From Trichodesmium erythraeum IMS101 (lineage in GTDB: Bacteria > Cyanobacteriota > Cyanobacteriia > Cyanobacteriales > Microcoleaceae), in NCBI RefSeq assembly GCF_000014265.1, contig NC_008312.1:7230001-7262000 (forward strand): a DNA stretch of 32,000 nt, written 5' to 3'. Shown piece by piece: positions 28,754 through 32,000 of this stretch (within the stretch, counting starts at the first letter, position 1; each line of letters begins with the position of its first letter). The notes under the pieces were generated by a model, which was given only the letters and a program-made list of their open reading frames with translations, searched no databases and was not told where the DNA came from. The position numbers were made by a program, and so were the translations under genes.

Positions 28754-30103
28754 CTATGCCAATTCTATGCTCCAATAAATCAAGTTTGCGTGCCTCAATA
28801 ATCTAACTTGACTGCCATTCTTGTCACTACCAAAAAATTCTCTCTTGTTTTCCCCAATACTTTGCCAATATTTTTGATAAATCCAATGATTATTTTGATT
28901 AGGGTGTCTTCTTTTTGCCCAACCCCAGAGTTTTTGGAATATTAAATTATCCAAATCCTGGAAAATTTTCTTACTCACAAATAATTTCGAGTAATAGTTT
29001 ACCCAACTTTTAACAATAGGGTTGAGTTTTCTGATTAAGACAGCTTGTGATGCAGACTTATATTTATCTATCACCTCAGCAATGTGACAATAATGACTTC
29101 TGATCATCCCCGTACTTGGTTTGATTTTGGTTTTAAAACCCAGCTTACTTTGGTTTTTACTAACCTTATGTTGTCTAATATTAAACCCCAAGAAATCAAA
29201 TCCAGGTTCTTCTTCACCACACCTATATAGTGTGTGATAAATAATAATTTGACTAGGTTTTAATTCCAAACATAAGTCAGATAAGCACTCTCTAATTATA
29301 TATTGGCATTTTTGAACTACCTCAATATTTTTGTGAGCGATCACCAAGTTACCTCCATAACGAATCAAACTTAAACCTTCACATTGATCACTCAGTGCTT
29401 TAGTGTAATGTTTGATTTTTTCTTCTGTATCATGGAAAGCTATATTTGCCAGTAGTGGAGAAATGACTTCCTCCCATTTAAACAAGTCTTTACCATTGAT
29501 CAAACCATCTTTTAACCAAACTCGAATTTGTTTGCGTAAAGTGGGATAGGTATCTAATTTTTTTAATAGTTGTTCATGATCAAAACACTTAAAGCATTGA
29601 CTTATATCAGCTTTCAGTAAATATTTCGGATGAAACTTAACACAATTAACAATTGCTTTCATAGCGTCCTGACATGACTTCGGTAGCTTAAACCCATAAG
29701 AAGAAAGTTCAAACTTTGCTTCCCATTGGTTCTCTAGAGACATCTTGACAAGTATTTGCAAGGGTTGGTCCTTAACAGTACTTATCATTGGTTTAACTTT
29801 GCTATTTAGTTTTAATCTTTTAGCCAAGGCAAAACATTTGTCTGGAGACAATAATTGAACACCACCAACTTCTATTATTTTCTCACCCTGGTTAATTTGA
29901 CTAAACCTACGCACCGCCAACAACCTCCCATACCAAGATTTTATCAGCATTTTTTGGAGCTTACGAACTGCAATAACATCACCACGTTGAGAGGCTCTGT
30001 AGATTCTTTTCTGTAACTTGAAGACCCGACGCTCAACTTTTGTCCAATTAATCTCACGCCACTCTTTCCATTCCCCCGTAGTCTTTAAACTCGTATTAGA
30101 CAT
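28754..30103 (-). CDS. Group II intron-encoded protein with degenerate reverse-transcriptase domain and retained maturase (X) domain
   Basis: 449 aa with no internal stops. RT blocks are recognisable (SYGFKLPKSCQDAM; ADISQCFKCFDHEQLL; ISPLLANIAF) but the active site reads IRYGGNLVI instead of RYADDFVI. The segments corresponding to ..IPKxxGKxRPLGIPT.. and ..GTPQGG.. are missing. The maturase region KLNPIVKSWVNYYS...LWGWAKRRHPN is intact. No HNH/En domain. Confidence 0.85.
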   Translation of the reverse strand: MSNTSLKTTGEWKEWREINWTKVERRVFKLQKRIYRASQRGDVIAVRKLQKMLIKSWYGRLLAVRRFSQINQGEKIIEVGGVQLLSPDKCFALAKRLKLNSKVKPMISTVKDQPLQILVKMSLENQWEAKFELSSYGFKLPKSCQDAMKAIVNCVKFHPKYLLKADISQCFKCFDHEQLLKKLDTYPTLRKQIRVWLKDGLINGKDLFKWEEVISPLLANIAFHDTEEKIKHYTKALSDQCEGLSLIRYGGNLVIAHKNIEVVQKCQYIIRECLSDLCLELKPSQIIIYHTLYRCGEEEPGFDFLGFNIRQHKVSKNQSKLGFKTKIKPSTGMIRSHYCHIAEVIDKYKSASQAVLIRKLNPIVKSWVNYYSKLFVSKKIFQDLDNLIFQKLWGWAKRRHPNQNNHWIYQKYWQSIGENKREFFGSDKNGSQVRLLRHANLIYWSIELA

Positions 30104-31046
30104 TTATATTACTTACTCAAACTCTACATTCCAAATCACCGTGTGTCCGTCTGCATATCCCATTAAATTAACAAAGGGCTTTTGCTTGTGACACAATCCC
30201 TCCCAATCAAACATACGGTTAGCACCTACTTGAATTTACTATCTCAGTTATCAGTTATCAGTACCTCAGTTGATTTTTGTTATTCCCTTAAAATGCTTTA
30301 TTATATAAACATCTTTCTTAAAAAAACTTGGGCAAAATAGACAAGTTATCTTTAAGTCTTTGAGAGACTTTTTCAGGAGAACAAAGTGCATTGAAAAATA
30401 CATTTTTTTGATAAATTAAGTAGTTTTGCAGCAACCTGCCAACCTACTATACTCTTTCTCCCTTTTGCGCTGCTCCCTTTTGCATTGCTCCCCACAATAT
30501 TTTCAGAAGTTTCTGATAACAGATAACTTCAAATAGGAAGCTTAAAAGCTTATTTTTTACTCAAGTATTGCACTAAAAAAAAGAATTATAGCACTTCCCA
30601 GAGTAATTGAGATTCTCGCGCCTCTCAAATATTGTCATAACAAGAATGTACGGGGTAATGGCCAGAAAGCCCCTACTTTTTAATTGTGACTTCTGTGGCT
30701 GAGTGTTAATAAATAGCTATTCAAGAGTTTTTCATGGGTTACTTCGTTCCAAATGACCTTATCTATATACCTTTAGGATGATGCTTTGCGCCGGGTTTAG
30801 GGGAAGTGCTTGTTAGTCGAACCAAATCTCGCTAACTCCCTATCCTTTGCCTTTTGGCTCCAGTGTCACAGCTTATTTCACTGGTTGAACGTAACGACGC
30901 TTCACTCACATCTTCGCACTATAGCTATCCAATGGGTATTTTGCTCGATGGGAACCAACCTAAGCTGTCAGTTGTACCACCTTTTCACCCCGCTTTACGG
31001 ATTGGTTGGGTAGGAGAAAGTACGTCGCCGTATCTCTCCCCCCTAA

Positions 31047-31081
31047 GAACCGGACTTGACAGTTGTCCCATCATCCGGCTC
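31047..31081 (-). ncRNA. Group II intron domain V of intron 2
   Basis: The minus strand reads GAGCCGGAUGAUGGGACAACUGUCAAGUCCGGUUC. It folds as lower stem GAGCCGGAU/GUCCGGUUC, an AA bulge, a 5-bp upper stem and a 5-nt loop. Confidence 0.75.
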
Positions 31082-31362
31082 AAGCCTCTTGCCTTACAGA
31101 ACATTTGCCTGTGTATATATATTTGTGACAACATTTATACAAGTGGACTAGGCCATAAATTTTGTCCATGCCACCGTCTTTCACCCTTATTTTTTTGATG
31201 GGTGTGCAGTTTCTCTCAGTTAAATAAGTGTTCACCACTCATAGGAACATTTCCAGCTCTGAGCTTAGGTAATTTTGTAGTATTTTGAACCTTGACCCGA
31301 TGAGCTTTGTCATATTTTGTATAACGTTATTTCAAATATTTGGTTAAAGAGGGGTTCTCCGG

Positions 31363-32000
31363 CTATGCCGTGCCTTTAATTTTTACATGACGTTGAATGG
31401 GAACTTTTCCTAGTCGGCAGATGGCTATTGTTTCCTTCTTGCCATACCTATTGCTTATGTTTGTTGCGAAAGTCCACTTGTTTCCGTTGACGGTTTTGAA
31501 GTATTTCTTTCGCACCCATTCCTTACCTTTTCCTTTTTGTTTCCCCACTCGCTTCGAGTGTCTTCTTAATGACCATTGCCAGAGTGATTTCCAAATTTCG
31601 TGGTCAACATAGGAAAATATTCGTTGACTTACACCATGTCTGTAGTAGTTCCCCCATCCTCTAATAATTGAATTAAGGTTTGCAATTACTGCTTCTTGTG
31701 TACTGGTCGGGTGTGCTTTGAGCCACCCCCGAATTAGTGTGAGAAATTCCTTAACTTTCTCTTTTTGTGGAACTATGAAGCAGCTACCGTTGAACTGGCG
31801 GACATTGAACCCTAAAAAGTTGAATCCTTGTTCAATATGAACTAAGTTGGTTTTGTCCTTATTAAGTTCTAATCCTCTTTCTGATAGCCATTTTTCAATA
31901 GTGGGGATTATCGCTTTGATGTCTTCCTCACTTCGAGCGGTGATTATGAAGTCATCAGCGTATCGGATAAATCCGTATTTATCTAACTTCTTTTTCTTGG
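31363..32000 (-). CDS. Group II intron reverse transcriptase/maturase, C-terminal part (5' end outside window)
   Basis: My translation of the minus strand is open from 32000 down to the TAG at 31363. It reads ..KKKLDKYGFIRYADDFIITARSEEDI...GFNFLGFNV...IIRGWGNYYRHGV...LWQWSLRRHSKR...IQRHVKIKGTA*. YADD is intact, the X domain is present and there is no En domain. The ORF track lists only its last 61 codons (31363..31548). Confidence 0.9.
   Translation of the reverse strand, partial: KKKKLDKYGFIRYADDFIITARSEEDIKAIIPTIEKWLSERGLELNKDKTNLVHIEQGFNFLGFNVRQFNGSCFIVPQKEKVKEFLTLIRGWLKAHPTSTQEAVIANLNSIIRGWGNYYRHGVSQRIFSYVDHEIWKSLWQWSLRRHSKRVGKQKGKGKEWVRKKYFKTVNGNKWTFATNISNRYGKKETIAICRLGKVPIQRHVKIKGTA

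Larger units (their letters stand above)
28488..30919 (-). mobile_element. Complete group II intron (about 2.43 kb) with internal ORF
   Basis: The minus strand starts GUGCGAAG at 30919. Canonical domain V at 28539..28572. Domain VI (AGAC-G-AGCAGUUCU...AGAAUUGCU-U-[A]-GUUU) has a bulged A 7 nt from the predicted ...UUUAAC end at 28488. The ORF sits in domain IV. Boundaries are from manual folding and may be off by a few nt. Confidence 0.85.
31005..32000 (-). mobile_element. 3' portion of a second, different group II intron (continues beyond the window end)
   Basis: RT/maturase ORF, then domain V at 31047..31081. Next comes a domain VI hairpin (GGGGGGAGAGAUAC...GUACUUUCUCC-U[A]-CCC) with a bulged A, and a predicted ...CCCAAC 3' end at about 31005. 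Confidence 0.8.

Noticed and set aside
30805-30825. GGTTCGAC T-loop-like motif (minus strand) as a possible tRNA
   Set aside because: It lies inside domain I of intron 1 and has no acceptor or anticodon arms around it. I recognised no tRNA, rRNA, tmRNA or RNase P RNA signatures anywhere in the window.
30920-31004. Possibility that the 85-nt spacer between the introns is a protein-coding mini-exon
   Set aside because: On the intron (minus) strand all three frames hit a stop inside the spacer: TAG in frame 1 (15th codon), TAA in frame 2 (3rd codon) and TGA in frame 3 (6th codon).
30810-31612. Plus-strand ORFs 30810..31013, 30854..31198 and 31397..31612
   Set aside because: They lie antisense to group II intron RNA domains or to the intron 2 RT gene. 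They have no recognisable motifs and low-complexity composition, so I treat them as shadow ORFs.

Overview
AT-rich cyanobacterial chromosome segment. I count about 14 HIP1 GCGATCGC octamers by eye, and there are cyanobacteria-typical genes (ycf46-like AAA ATPase, Tab2/DUF1092, DUF2808). 1-7.8 kb is a conserved housekeeping block on the + strand: DUF2808, rpmH (under 60 aa, so absent from the ORF track), rnpA, a PH-domain membrane protein, yidC, jag, DUF177, ycf46-like ATPase and an SH3 membrane protein. It ends with a divergent small acidic PqqD-like gene and ispF. 7.9-12.3 kb holds two adjacent STAND-type P-loop NTPase genes. The first is broken by one in-frame TAA. The second is a 1007-aa fusion of NTPase, TPR, one TM helix and a periplasmic LivK-like binding domain. 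The rest of the window is dominated by decay and mobile DNA, interleaved with intact genes (family-5 SBP, larB, a TPR protein, a small membrane protein, PmbA/TldD, Tab2). The decay and mobile items are: a family-5 ABC substrate-binding gene present as an intact copy, a full-length decayed tandem copy and a 100-bp relic; a 182-bp MITE with an 8-bp target duplication; a TPR-glycosyltransferase pseudogene truncated by a decayed IS1-family element; an IS5/Harbinger-type fragment; and an IS4-like relic inside a 2.5-kb ORF-free stretch. The most unusual structure is at 28.5-32 kb. Two unrelated group II introns lie head-to-tail on the minus strand, separated by only about 85 nt of non-coding 'exon'. 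The complete intron carries a stop-free 449-codon ORF whose reverse-transcriptase active site is destroyed (YADD -> YGGN), suggesting a maturase-only protein. The combination of low GC, heavy pseudogene load, long non-coding tracts and multiple group II introns resembles Trichodesmium-like genomes. That assignment is inference only. All family calls rest on motif recognition by eye, with no database search.
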